From assembly GCA_036558885.1 (NCBI GenBank), contig DATBET010000059.1, positions 782-64,781 on the forward strand: 64,000 nt of DNA, in the 5' to 3' direction. Positions 45,811-54,450 of this stretch are shown piece by piece. The first letter of the stretch is position 1. Each line of letters starts with the position of its first letter. Both the position numbers and the translations under genes were made by a program. The notes under the pieces are model-generated. The model did not search any database. It saw only the letters and a list, made by a program, of their open reading frames with translations, and was not told where the DNA came from. Origin of the DNA: Gaiella sp. Lineage in GTDB: Bacteria > Actinomycetota > Thermoleophilia > Gaiellales > Gaiellaceae.

Positions 45811-47754
45811 GTGTGTGGTGTCTGCGGAATCGTGGGGCCCGACAGGGTGGATGCAGAGACCCTGCGTCGGATGACGGAGGCACTGCGCCACAGGGGTCCG
45901 GACGACGAGGGTTACTACATACGCCAGTACGAGGACGGGGTCGCGGTCGGGCTGGGCTTCCGTCGCCTTTCGATCATCGATCTCGACTCGGGCAACCAGC
46001 CGATCGCAAACGAGACCGGCGAGGTGCAGGTCGTGTTCAACGGGGAGATCTACAACTTCCGCGAGCTGCGAAGCGAGCTGGAAGCCGCTGGACACCGCTT
46101 CGCGACCAATGCTGACACCGAGGTGATCCCGCACCTCTACGAGGACCTCGGGTCGCGCTGCGTCGAGTCGCTCAACGGTATGTTCGCCTTCGCGCTGTGG
46201 GACGAGGCCCGGCGCGAGCTGCTCCTCGCGCGCGACCGGTTCGGGAAGAAGCCTCTCTACTACGCGCAGGTCGGGCGCTCTCTCCTGTTCGGCTCGGAGC
46301 TCAAGTCGCTCCTGGAGCACCCGATCTGTCCGACGGAGCTCGACATGGGCAGCCTGTCGCGCTATCTCGCGCTCGAGTACGTGCCCACGCCGTTCGCGAT
46401 CTTCGCGGGTGTCCGCAAGCTGCCCGGCGGGCACACGCTGCGCTGGCGTGACGGACGCGCGTCGGTCGAACGGTACTGGGACCTCTCCTTCGACCCCGAT
46501 GCGCGACCGCTCGGCGTCGCCGACTACGCCGAGGAGCTCCACGCGCGCCTCCGCGAAGCCGTGCGGCGGCGCCTCATGAGCGACGTCCCGCTCGGGGCGT
46601 TCCTGAGTGGAGGCATCGACTCGAGCTCGGTCGTCGCGATGATGGTCGAGCAAGTGCCGGCGCGGGACGTGAAGACGTTCTCGATCGGGTTCAGCGAGCG
46701 AAGCTTCGACGAATCTGGCCACGCCCGCCGGGTCGCCGCGTACTTCGGCACCGACCACCAGGAGCAAGTCTTCACCCCGAAGACAATGCTGGACGTCCTC
46801 CCGTCCGTGGTAGACGTCCTCGACGAGCCGTTCGCGGACGCGTCGATCCTGCCCACGTACGTCCTCTCTCGGTTCACTCGGGAGTCGGTCACGGTGGCCC
46901 TCGGCGGCGACGGCAGCGACGAGTTGCTCGCGGGATACCCGACCTTCCCCGCGGAGCGAGTCGCACGGCTCTACGCGATGCCGAGGCTCCTGCACGAGCA
47001 CGTCGTCGTCCCGCTTGTCGACCTGCTGCCGGTCTCGACGGCGGACTTCAGCCTCGACTTCAAGCTCAAACGGTTCCTGCGCGGAGCGGCGGAGCCGGCC
47101 GACGTCCGGCACGCGACATGGCTCGGTGCGTTCACGCCCGCCGAGCAGGCGGCACTGCTGGACGGCGAGCCCGCCGAGCCCCTCGCTGAGCAGCGTCGCG
47201 CGTTTGCCGCGGCGCCGGCGAGAAGCCGTCTCGACCGGCTGATCTACCTCTACGCGACCACGTACCTGCAGGACGACATCCTCGTGAAGATCGACCGGGC
47301 GAGCATGGCCAGCAGCCTCGAGGTCCGCGCGCCGTTTCTCGACGTCGAGCTCGTCGAGTTCCTCGGCCGCGTGCCGGCGGGTCTAAAGCTGCGCCGCTTC
47401 GACACCAAGCACCTGCTGAAGCGCGCGATGGCGGCGGCGCTGCCGCCCGGGATCGCTACTCGCCCGAAGAAAGGGTTCGGGATCCCGATCGCAACCTGGT
47501 TCAAGAACGAGCTGCGCGAATCGCTCCGAGACGAGCTCTCTCGCGCACGCCTCGAGGCGCAGGGCATCTTCGACCCCGTGGAAGTGGACCGGGTCGTCAC
47601 GGAACATCTGTCCGGCCGCCGCGACCACCGCAAGCAGCTGTGGACCCTGTTCGTGTTCCAGCTCTGGCACCGACGCTGGGTGGAGGAGCGCTCGAGCCGA
47701 CCGCCGGCAGGCGCCGTCTCCGCGCCGCTGCGATCGCCGGCGGGGGGCACGTGA
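45811..47754 (+). CDS. asnB: Asparagine synthase (glutamine-hydrolysing) family amidotransferase
   Basis: N-terminal Cys2 (CGVCG), HRGPD, RRLSIID, FNGEIYN, LSGGIDSS, GDGSDE, SLEVRAPFLD. Confidence 0.93.
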   Translation: MCGVCGIVGPDRVDAETLRRMTEALRHRGPDDEGYYIRQYEDGVAVGLGFRRLSIIDLDSGNQPIANETGEVQVVFNGEIYNFRELRSELEAAGHRFATNADTEVIPHLYEDLGSRCVESLNGMFAFALWDEARRELLLARDRFGKKPLYYAQVGRSLLFGSELKSLLEHPICPTELDMGSLSRYLALEYVPTPFAIFAGVRKLPGGHTLRWRDGRASVERYWDLSFDPDARPLGVADYAEELHARLREAVRRRLMSDVPLGAFLSGGIDSSSVVAMMVEQVPARDVKTFSIGFSERSFDESGHARRVAAYFGTDHQEQVFTPKTMLDVLPSVVDVLDEPFADASILPTYVLSRFTRESVTVALGGDGSDELLAGYPTFPAERVARLYAMPRLLHEHVVVPLVDLLPVSTADFSLDFKLKRFLRGAAEPADVRHATWLGAFTPAEQAALLDGEPAEPLAEQRRAFAAAPARSRLDRLIYLYATTYLQDDILVKIDRASMASSLEVRAPFLDVELVEFLGRVPAGLKLRRFDTKHLLKRAMAAALPPGIATRPKKGFGIPIATWFKNELRESLRDELSRARLEAQGIFDPVEVDRVVTEHLSGRRDHRKQLWTLFVFQLWHRRWVEERSSRPPAGAVSAPLRSPAGGT

Positions 47755-48743
47755 AGGCAACGCTCGTCGAGGACCTCGCTTGTCCCGTCTCGGGCGACCC
47801 GCTGAGGCTCGAAGGCGAGGAGGGTCCGGACATCGAGGCGGGATGGCTGGTGTGCGACGGCTGTGGACGTAACTGGGCGATCCGCGCCGGAGTGCCCCGC
47901 CTCGTTCCGCCCGACCTCGTCGAACAGCAGCGGCAGACTGCATCGGCCTTCGGCTGGCAGTGGCAGCATTTCGCCGAGTTCCACCCCGAGTTCGAGGCGC
48001 AGTTCCTGGACTGGCTCGAGCCGATCGACCGCGAGTTCTTCGCGGGGAAGCGCGTGCTGGACGCAGGATGCGGGACCGGCCGGCACGCGTCCCTCGCCGC
48101 CGGGTTCGGCGCGTCGGAGGTCGTCGCGGTCGACCTTAGCGCCGCCGTCGACGCGGCACGTGTGAACCTCGCATCCCTCGACAACGTGCACGTCGTGCAA
48201 GGCGATCTGCTCCGCCTGCCTCTTCGAACCGCGAGCAACGGTGGTGGCTTCGACCTCGTCTACGCGATCGGCGTCCTCCACCATCTGCCCGACCCACGCG
48301 CAGGGTTCGCCGCACTTCTCCCGTACGTACGTCCCGGCGGAACGATCGCCGTGTGGCTCTACGGATACGAGAACAACGGCTTCGTGAGGCACGCTGTCGA
48401 GCCGCTGCGGAGGGCGACGACGAAGATGCCAAAGTCCGCGTTGCGCGCCGTCGCATTACCGTTGTCGGCGGCCTTCCATGGCGTCGCGAAGGGCGTGTAC
48501 CGACCTTTGGGTGGCTCGCGTCTCGGCCGGTGGCTTCCGCTCGGCGACTACATGAAGAGCGTGGCGAACCACAGCTTCCGGCACAACAACCAGATCGTTT
48601 TCGACCAACTCTCAGCTCCGACCGCTGCCTACATCCGTCGGGAGGAGGTCGATCGCTGGTTCTCGGAAAGCGGGCTTGCGGACGTGCGGATCTCGCATCG
48701 GCACGGCAACTCCTGGCGAGGCAGTGGTCGAGCTCCTGGCTGA
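47751..48743 (+). CDS. Trm112-like domain fused to a class I SAM methyltransferase
   Basis: LACP..LVCDGC..WAIRAGVPRL then FGWQW, LDAGCGTG, GVLHHLPDP. Confidence 0.87.
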   Translation: MKATLVEDLACPVSGDPLRLEGEEGPDIEAGWLVCDGCGRNWAIRAGVPRLVPPDLVEQQRQTASAFGWQWQHFAEFHPEFEAQFLDWLEPIDREFFAGKRVLDAGCGTGRHASLAAGFGASEVVAVDLSAAVDAARVNLASLDNVHVVQGDLLRLPLRTASNGGGFDLVYAIGVLHHLPDPRAGFAALLPYVRPGGTIAVWLYGYENNGFVRHAVEPLRRATTKMPKSALRAVALPLSAAFHGVAKGVYRPLGGSRLGRWLPLGDYMKSVANHSFRHNNQIVFDQLSAPTAAYIRREEVDRWFSESGLADVRISHRHGNSWRGSGRAPG

Positions 48744-48887
48744 CCTCGTCCTCCGGTGGCCTGGCGGCGGTGCGGGCGGCGGTCGTCTGCTCGCCGATGA
48801 GGCGCCTCGAGCTTGCATCGGCGAAGAGAGGAGACACTCGCGGGGCCTCGCCACGTGGGGGCTGTGCACAGCGCGTACGGTAACGCC

Positions 48888-48920
48888 ATGGATGTCGGTC
48901 CCATGATCGGCACGCGATGA
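48888..48920 (+). CDS. Putative leaderless 10-aa uORF (MDVGPMIGTR)
   Basis: TACGGT -10 at 48876-48881, 6 nt spacer, ATG; TGA overlaps the next ATG (ATGA). Confidence 0.35.
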   Translation: MDVGPMIGTR

Positions 48921-49774
48921 AGATCGGCCCGTTGGGGATCGTTCGCAGGTCGACGTTGGAGTGGCTCCAGGAGCAGAGCGCGTCGGCGGTGGCAGCGGCG
49001 GAACGCGTCGAGCCGCCGACCCCGCGACCCTCGAAGCTGGCGATGTTCAACGCCGTCGACGACTGGACGACGAGCTTCGTCGTCGACGGCGTCACGGTGG
49101 GCGGCTGGGCGGGCCTCGACGCCGATCCGCGCCTGCTCTGGAACCTCGAGGCGGTCGGCGGCGCCGGGGGCCGGCGTGTGCTCGAGCTCGGGTCCTTCGA
49201 GGGCGCCCATTCGAAGATGCTCGTGGAGCAGGAAGTCGACGAGGTCACCGCGATCGAGGGGTTTCGTCCCGCGTGGCTCCGCAGCCTCGTGGTCAAGGAG
49301 ATCTTCGAGCTCAAGCGAGTCCGGTTTCTGTTCGGCGACTTCTGCGCATACGTCACCGAGTACGACGGGCCGCCCTTCGATTTCGTCGTCGCCTCGGGCG
49401 TGCTGTACCACCAGGTGAACCCCGCGCAGCTCATCCGGGATCTCGCACGGATCACGGACCGTGTGTTGGTATGGTCGCAGGTAGCGGACGAAACCTCGCC
49501 GCCAGGGCCGGAGACGCTGGTCGGTTCAGGCGATCGCTCGTACCGCGGAAGGCTCCACTCCTACGGCCGCTCGCGTGACCGGGACGGCTATTGCGCAGGT
49601 GTGCGGGAGTCCGCCGTGTGGCTGTTCCCGGACGACCTCTTCGCTGCATTCCGCGACGCGGGATTCGCCTTTTTCGGCCGGCATCCCGACCACCGCACGG
49701 TTTACGGCGCCGCCGTCCTGTTCGCGGCGAGCAAGCACGACGAGCTGCGCGTGCCCGACTGGCAGGCGACGTGA
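48917..49774 (+). CDS. Class I SAM-dependent methyltransferase (DUF1698-like)
   Basis: VLELGSFEGAHS, FDFVVASGVLYH. Confidence 0.82.
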   Translation: MKIGPLGIVRRSTLEWLQEQSASAVAAAERVEPPTPRPSKLAMFNAVDDWTTSFVVDGVTVGGWAGLDADPRLLWNLEAVGGAGGRRVLELGSFEGAHSKMLVEQEVDEVTAIEGFRPAWLRSLVVKEIFELKRVRFLFGDFCAYVTEYDGPPFDFVVASGVLYHQVNPAQLIRDLARITDRVLVWSQVADETSPPGPETLVGSGDRSYRGRLHSYGRSRDRDGYCAGVRESAVWLFPDDLFAAFRDAGFAFFGRHPDHRTVYGAAVLFAASKHDELRVPDWQAT

Positions 49775-49820
49775 CACGCTTGGCCGGCCGACGTCTCCCG
49801 CCGCGCTAGTGTCCGGAGGA

Positions 49821-52631
49821 GTGTCACGTCCAAGCTCGACGACCGCCATGCGTCAGCCGGACCGAGACGATGCCGCTCGTGCGGCGATGCTTCTGACCAG
49901 CGCGTCGCTGATGATCCCCGACTCCCCGGCGCGCTCGGCCTGGCGGACGCATGCGCCGTTCGCCTTCTGGCTCGTTGAGGCCCTATCCCCGAAGGTGATC
50001 GTCGAGCTCGGCGTATACGGCGGGTTCTCCTACTTCACGTTCTGTCAGGCCGCCGGGCTCTACTCCCCGTCGGCGGCGCTCTTCGGCATCGACACGTGGA
50101 AGGGCGACGAGCATTCGGGAGCCGTCCCTCCGGACATGAGACGTCACGTCGAGGCTCGGAACGAAAGCTTCGCGTCGCGGTCGACGCTGGTTACATCGAC
50201 GTTCGACGAGGCGGTCGACCGGTTCGCCGAGGGCGAGATCGACCTGCTGCACATCGACGGAGCGCACAGCTACGACGCCGTGCGGCACGACTTCCTCTCA
50301 TGGTTGCCGAAGGTGTCCTCGAGGGGGGTCGTACTCCTACACGACACCGAGGAGCACGGGGGTGGTTTCGGCGTCTGGAGGCTGATGGACGAGCTCGAAG
50401 CGCAGTATCCGTGCTTCCGGTTCGTCCACGGCCACGGTCTCGGCGTCGTCGGCGTCGGCTCCGAGCTGCCCGCCGGGCCGCGCGCGCTCTTCGAAGCGGC
50501 CGACACGCCGGACACCTGCCGTGTCGTCCGGGAGGTGTACGCGCTGCTCGGCTGGCGCGTGGGCACGGGCCACGGCACGACCGCTCGTTTCTGGGAGTAC
50601 GGCCGGCCGGCCGGCGAAGGGGCAGACCGGCTCCGGGCGAGCTTCGAAGCGCGTGCCCGGCTGCGGAGAGCCGAGAGCACGATCGCCGCGATGCGGGTCA
50701 GCCACAGCTGGAAGGTGACGGCGCCCTTGCGGGCGGGCGTCGCCGCTGCGCGCAATGCACAGACGATGGTACGGCGCGTCGTGGGCGCAGCGCTTCCCGT
50801 CAACCGAGAGTCGCGACGCGAGGCCGAGGCCGATCGCCGGCAGCGGGAATACCAGACGGGGCCTCGCGCGTACGCGAACTGGGTGCGGGACTACGACACC
50901 CTCGATGCCTCCGATCGCGCGGGCATGAAAGAGCTCGCATCGTCGCTGCCGGCACGACCGCTGATCTCGATCCTCATGCCGGTGTTCGACCCGGATGTCG
51001 AAATCCTCGAGAGCGCAGTCGCGTCGGTTCTCGAGCAGGCATACGGGAACTGGCAACTCTGTATCGCGGACGACGGCTCGACGGATCCGGCCGTCCGGCC
51101 GTTCCTCGAATCGTGCCCGGGCGGCGACGCGCGCATAGAGGTCGTGTACCGCAAGGCGAACGGCGGGATCGCCGCTGCCACCAACTCCGCGCTCGACCTG
51201 GCACGTGGAGAAATCGTCACGCTCCTCGATCAGGACGACCGGCTCCGGCCGCACTCGCTGCTCCTCGTCGCCCAGCGGATGACGGAGACGCCGGAGCTCG
51301 GCTACGTGTACTCGGACGAAGACGTGATCGACGAGAACGGCGTCCGACTGAGTCATCACTTCAAGCCGGAGTGGAATCCCGAGCTGCTCCGCTCGCAGAA
51401 CTACCTGTGTCATCTCTCCGCGTTTCGCGCCGATCTCGTGCGCCGCGTCGGGGGCTTTCGCAGCGAGTTCGATGGGAGCCAGGACTGGGATCTCGCCCTG
51501 CGCATCACGGAGCTCCTTCGTGAGGACCAGATCGGTCACATCCCGCATGTGCTCTACCACTGGCGGGCGGCGGGCCCGACGTCCACGGCCTCGGACGCCT
51601 ATGCAAAGCCGTACGCGTTACGGGCCGGTCGAGCGGCCGTGACAAATCATCTTGAGCGTGCGGGCATCGCTGCCGACGTTGCCCCTGCCGACATCCACCT
51701 CAACGTTCGGTACGCCGTTCCGCTGGAGCCGCCGCTCGTGAGCGTGGTCGTTCCGACCACGATGGAGGAAGACCGGTTCGAGACGCTCGTCCGAGGCCTT
51801 TCGGGCACTGAGTACCGGCCGATCGAGGTGATCCGCGTGGCAACACAGGCGGCGATCGACGCGGCGCCGCTCGAGGTCGCGGTGCCGCCCGACTTGCTCG
51901 GCCGGGACGTTCCGTACAGCGGCGAGTTCAACTTCTCGCGCGCAGTCAACCTCGGCTGCGAAGCGGCTGCCGGCCCATTGATGCTGCTCGTCAACGACGA
52001 CCTCGAGGTCCTCCACACCGATTGGCTCGGGCTGATGGTCGGACACGTGCTCCAACCCCGCGTCGCCGCGGTGGGCGCCCTGCTCCTGTACCCGAACGAG
52101 AGAGTGCAGCACGCCGGCGTGCTGCTGGGTGCCGGACACGGCGCGGCTCACCTCTACCTCGGCGCGAGCATCGCCGACCACGGATATTCGAATCGTCTCA
52201 GGCTGAACCAGGACCTCTCCTGCGTCACCGCGGCGTGTGTGCTCCTGCGCAAGGAGGCGTTCGACCAGGTCAGAGGCTTCGACGAGTCGTTGGCCGTCGC
52301 CTACAACGACGTCGATTTCTGCCTACGTCTCCGTCAGGCGGGCTGGAGGATCGTCTTCACGCCGGAGGCGATTCTCTTCCATCACGAGTCGGCGTCGTTC
52401 GGCAGCCATTCGAAGGGTCGCCCCGAGGCGTACGACCGGGAGGTGGCGGAGCTGCAACGCCGGTGGGGGCCTGTCCTGCGCGCTGATCCCTCGCACAACC
52501 CTAACCTCGCGCTGGACTCCATCCACCCGTGGCATCTCGCGTTCCCGCCCCGGGTCCAGTACCCGTGGCGAGAGACGACTGCCACCCAGGGCGCGGGCCC
52601 TAGGCGATCCGGCAGCGAACGAGAGTCTTGA
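49821..52631 (+). CDS. Methyltransferase_24 + coiled coil + tandem GT2 multidomain glycosyltransferase (WsaE/WbdD-like); start 49821 or 49848
   Basis: SAW..HAPFAFWL, VELG, IDLLHIDGAHSY; SHSWKVTAPLR; two GT2 domains (IADDGSTDP, GSQDWD, LYHWR; FNFS, VNDD, QHAG, AYNDVDFCLR). Confidence 0.88.
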   Translation: MSRPSSTTAMRQPDRDDAARAAMLLTSASLMIPDSPARSAWRTHAPFAFWLVEALSPKVIVELGVYGGFSYFTFCQAAGLYSPSAALFGIDTWKGDEHSGAVPPDMRRHVEARNESFASRSTLVTSTFDEAVDRFAEGEIDLLHIDGAHSYDAVRHDFLSWLPKVSSRGVVLLHDTEEHGGGFGVWRLMDELEAQYPCFRFVHGHGLGVVGVGSELPAGPRALFEAADTPDTCRVVREVYALLGWRVGTGHGTTARFWEYGRPAGEGADRLRASFEARARLRRAESTIAAMRVSHSWKVTAPLRAGVAAARNAQTMVRRVVGAALPVNRESRREAEADRRQREYQTGPRAYANWVRDYDTLDASDRAGMKELASSLPARPLISILMPVFDPDVEILESAVASVLEQAYGNWQLCIADDGSTDPAVRPFLESCPGGDARIEVVYRKANGGIAAATNSALDLARGEIVTLLDQDDRLRPHSLLLVAQRMTETPELGYVYSDEDVIDENGVRLSHHFKPEWNPELLRSQNYLCHLSAFRADLVRRVGGFRSEFDGSQDWDLALRITELLREDQIGHIPHVLYHWRAAGPTSTASDAYAKPYALRAGRAAVTNHLERAGIAADVAPADIHLNVRYAVPLEPPLVSVVVPTTMEEDRFETLVRGLSGTEYRPIEVIRVATQAAIDAAPLEVAVPPDLLGRDVPYSGEFNFSRAVNLGCEAAAGPLMLLVNDDLEVLHTDWLGLMVGHVLQPRVAAVGALLLYPNERVQHAGVLLGAGHGAAHLYLGASIADHGYSNRLRLNQDLSCVTAACVLLRKEAFDQVRGFDESLAVAYNDVDFCLRLRQAGWRIVFTPEAILFHHESASFGSHSKGRPEAYDREVAELQRRWGPVLRADPSHNPNLALDSIHPWHLAFPPRVQYPWRETTATQGAGPRRSGSERES

Positions 52632-53292
52632 GGACGCGGAGCCCGTCGACGGCGGTGAGCTTCTTGCCCTCCTCGCGCGAGCGTGCCTTGTAGGTGATCG
52701 GCACCTCGTAGATCCGCTCTCCGGAGAGCAGTACCCGCGCGGTGATCTCCGGCTCGATCGCGAACCCCCGCTCGCGCAGCTTCAGGGAGCGGAACAGCTC
52801 GGTGCTCATGGCCTTGTGGCAGGTCATCACGTCCGAGATCCAGCAGTTGTAGATCACGTTCGTCGCCAGCGTGACGGCCTTGTTGCCCATCACGTACCAG
52901 AAGCTGAAGGCCGAGTGGCTCGACCACGACCGGGTGCCGTAGACGACGCGGGCCTCGCCCTCGAGCAACGGCCGCAGCAGCGGGCCGAGGTCGGCGGCGC
53001 GGTACTCGAGGTCGGCGTCGAGGATCGCGGCAAAGTCGCCCTCGGCATGCTCGAGCCCGGTCCTGAGCGCCGCGCCCTTGCCCTTGTTGCGGTCGTGGTA
53101 GACGACCGTCACCTGGTCGGGCCACGATGTCTCGCGGAGCATCTCGCGCGTGCCGTCCGTCGAGCCGTCGTCGACGATCACGAGCTGGCGGGAGTCGACG
53201 GGGAGCTCGGCGCCGAGGGCGTCGTCCACCGCCTGCCGGAGCGTCGCGCGCTCGTTGAAGACGGGCATCAGGATCGACAGCGTGGTCGGCAT
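52600..53292 (-). CDS. GT2 dolichyl/polyprenyl-phosphate sugar synthase-like protein
   Basis: MPVFNE, VDDGSTDGT, NKGKGAA, DADLEY, VYGTR, FAIEPEITA, EGKKL. Confidence 0.9.
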   Translation of the reverse strand: MPTTLSILMPVFNERATLRQAVDDALGAELPVDSRQLVIVDDGSTDGTREMLRETSWPDQVTVVYHDRNKGKGAALRTGLEHAEGDFAAILDADLEYRAADLGPLLRPLLEGEARVVYGTRSWSSHSAFSFWYVMGNKAVTLATNVIYNCWISDVMTCHKAMSTELFRSLKLRERGFAIEPEITARVLLSGERIYEVPITYKARSREEGKKLTAVDGLRVLKTLVRCRIA

Positions 53293-53355
53293 CGGCGGCA
53301 CCGTAACCCCTATCGGCAGCGGGATGCGGGCACCTGACACCGCTACGATCGCGCC

Positions 53356-54444
53356 GTGCGCGAGCTCGTGATCGAGGGCAGGCGGATCGCCGACGACACG
53401 CCGTGCTTCGTGATCGCGGAGATCGGTCATAACCACCAGGGCAGCGTCGAGCGCGCGCGCGAGCTCGTCCGTGCCGCGAAGGAGGCGGGCGTGGACGCGG
53501 TCAAGCTCCAGAAGCGCGACAACCGTCGCCTCTACACGCGCGAGCTCTACGACAGCCCCTACGACAACGAGAACAGCTTCGGGCCGACGTACGGCGCGCA
53601 CCGGGAGGCGCTCGAGCTCGACCGCGACGCGTTCCGCGAGCTCCGCGACGAGGCGCGCGCGCTCGGGCTCGTGTTCTTCGCCACCGCCTTCGACGAGCCG
53701 AGCGCCGACGTCCTGGCCGAGCTCGACGTGCCGGCGTTCAAGATCGCTTCCGGCGACCTCACGAACACGCCGCTCCTCCGCCACGTCGCCTCGTTGGGGA
53801 AGCCGCTGGTCGTCTCGACCGGAGGCGCCACTCTCGAGGACGTCGACCGCGCGGTCGAGGCGGTCACCGACGCGGGTGGCACGCTTTGCCTGCTCCAGTG
53901 CACGGCCGCGTATCCCACCGCTGTCGAGGATCTCAACCTCGGCGTGATCTCGACCCTGCGCGACCGCTATCCCGAGCTCGTGGTCGGGCTCTCCGACCAC
54001 CAGGACGGGATTGCCATGGCGCCGGTGGCCTACATGCTCGGCGCGCGCGTGGTCGAGAAGCACTTCACGCTGAGCCACACGGCAAAGGGCACCGACCACG
54101 CGTTCTCGCTGATGCCGGAGGGGATGAGGAAGCTCGTGCGCGACGTGCGGCGTGTCCCCATCGCGATCGGCGACGGGGTCAAGCGGCCGCTGCCGAGCGA
54201 GACGAAGCCGCTCGAGAAGATGGGCAAGAAGCTCGTCGCCGCGCGGCCGCTCGACGCGGGGCACGTTCTCGCAGACGGGGACCTCGTGGCGAAGTCCCCC
54301 GCGGACGGCGGCCTCCCGCCCTACGCGCTCGAGGCGCTGCTCGGCCGCCCGCTCACCCGTCCGCTCGCCGAGGAGGAGACGATCCTCGCGGGGGACGTGC
54401 GCGCGGCCGCACCGCAGCACGCAGAGCCGCGCAGCGCCCACTGA
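53356..54444 (+). CDS. neuB: N-acetylneuraminate (nonulosonate) synthase family protein with SAF domain
   Basis: IAEIGHNHQG, AVKLQKR, KIASGD, STG, GLSDH, EKHFTL, C-terminal SAF. Confidence 0.9.
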   Translation: MRELVIEGRRIADDTPCFVIAEIGHNHQGSVERARELVRAAKEAGVDAVKLQKRDNRRLYTRELYDSPYDNENSFGPTYGAHREALELDRDAFRELRDEARALGLVFFATAFDEPSADVLAELDVPAFKIASGDLTNTPLLRHVASLGKPLVVSTGGATLEDVDRAVEAVTDAGGTLCLLQCTAAYPTAVEDLNLGVISTLRDRYPELVVGLSDHQDGIAMAPVAYMLGARVVEKHFTLSHTAKGTDHAFSLMPEGMRKLVRDVRRVPIAIGDGVKRPLPSETKPLEKMGKKLVAARPLDAGHVLADGDLVAKSPADGGLPPYALEALLGRPLTRPLAEEETILAGDVRAAAPQHAEPRSAH

Positions 54445-54450
54445 GACCGC

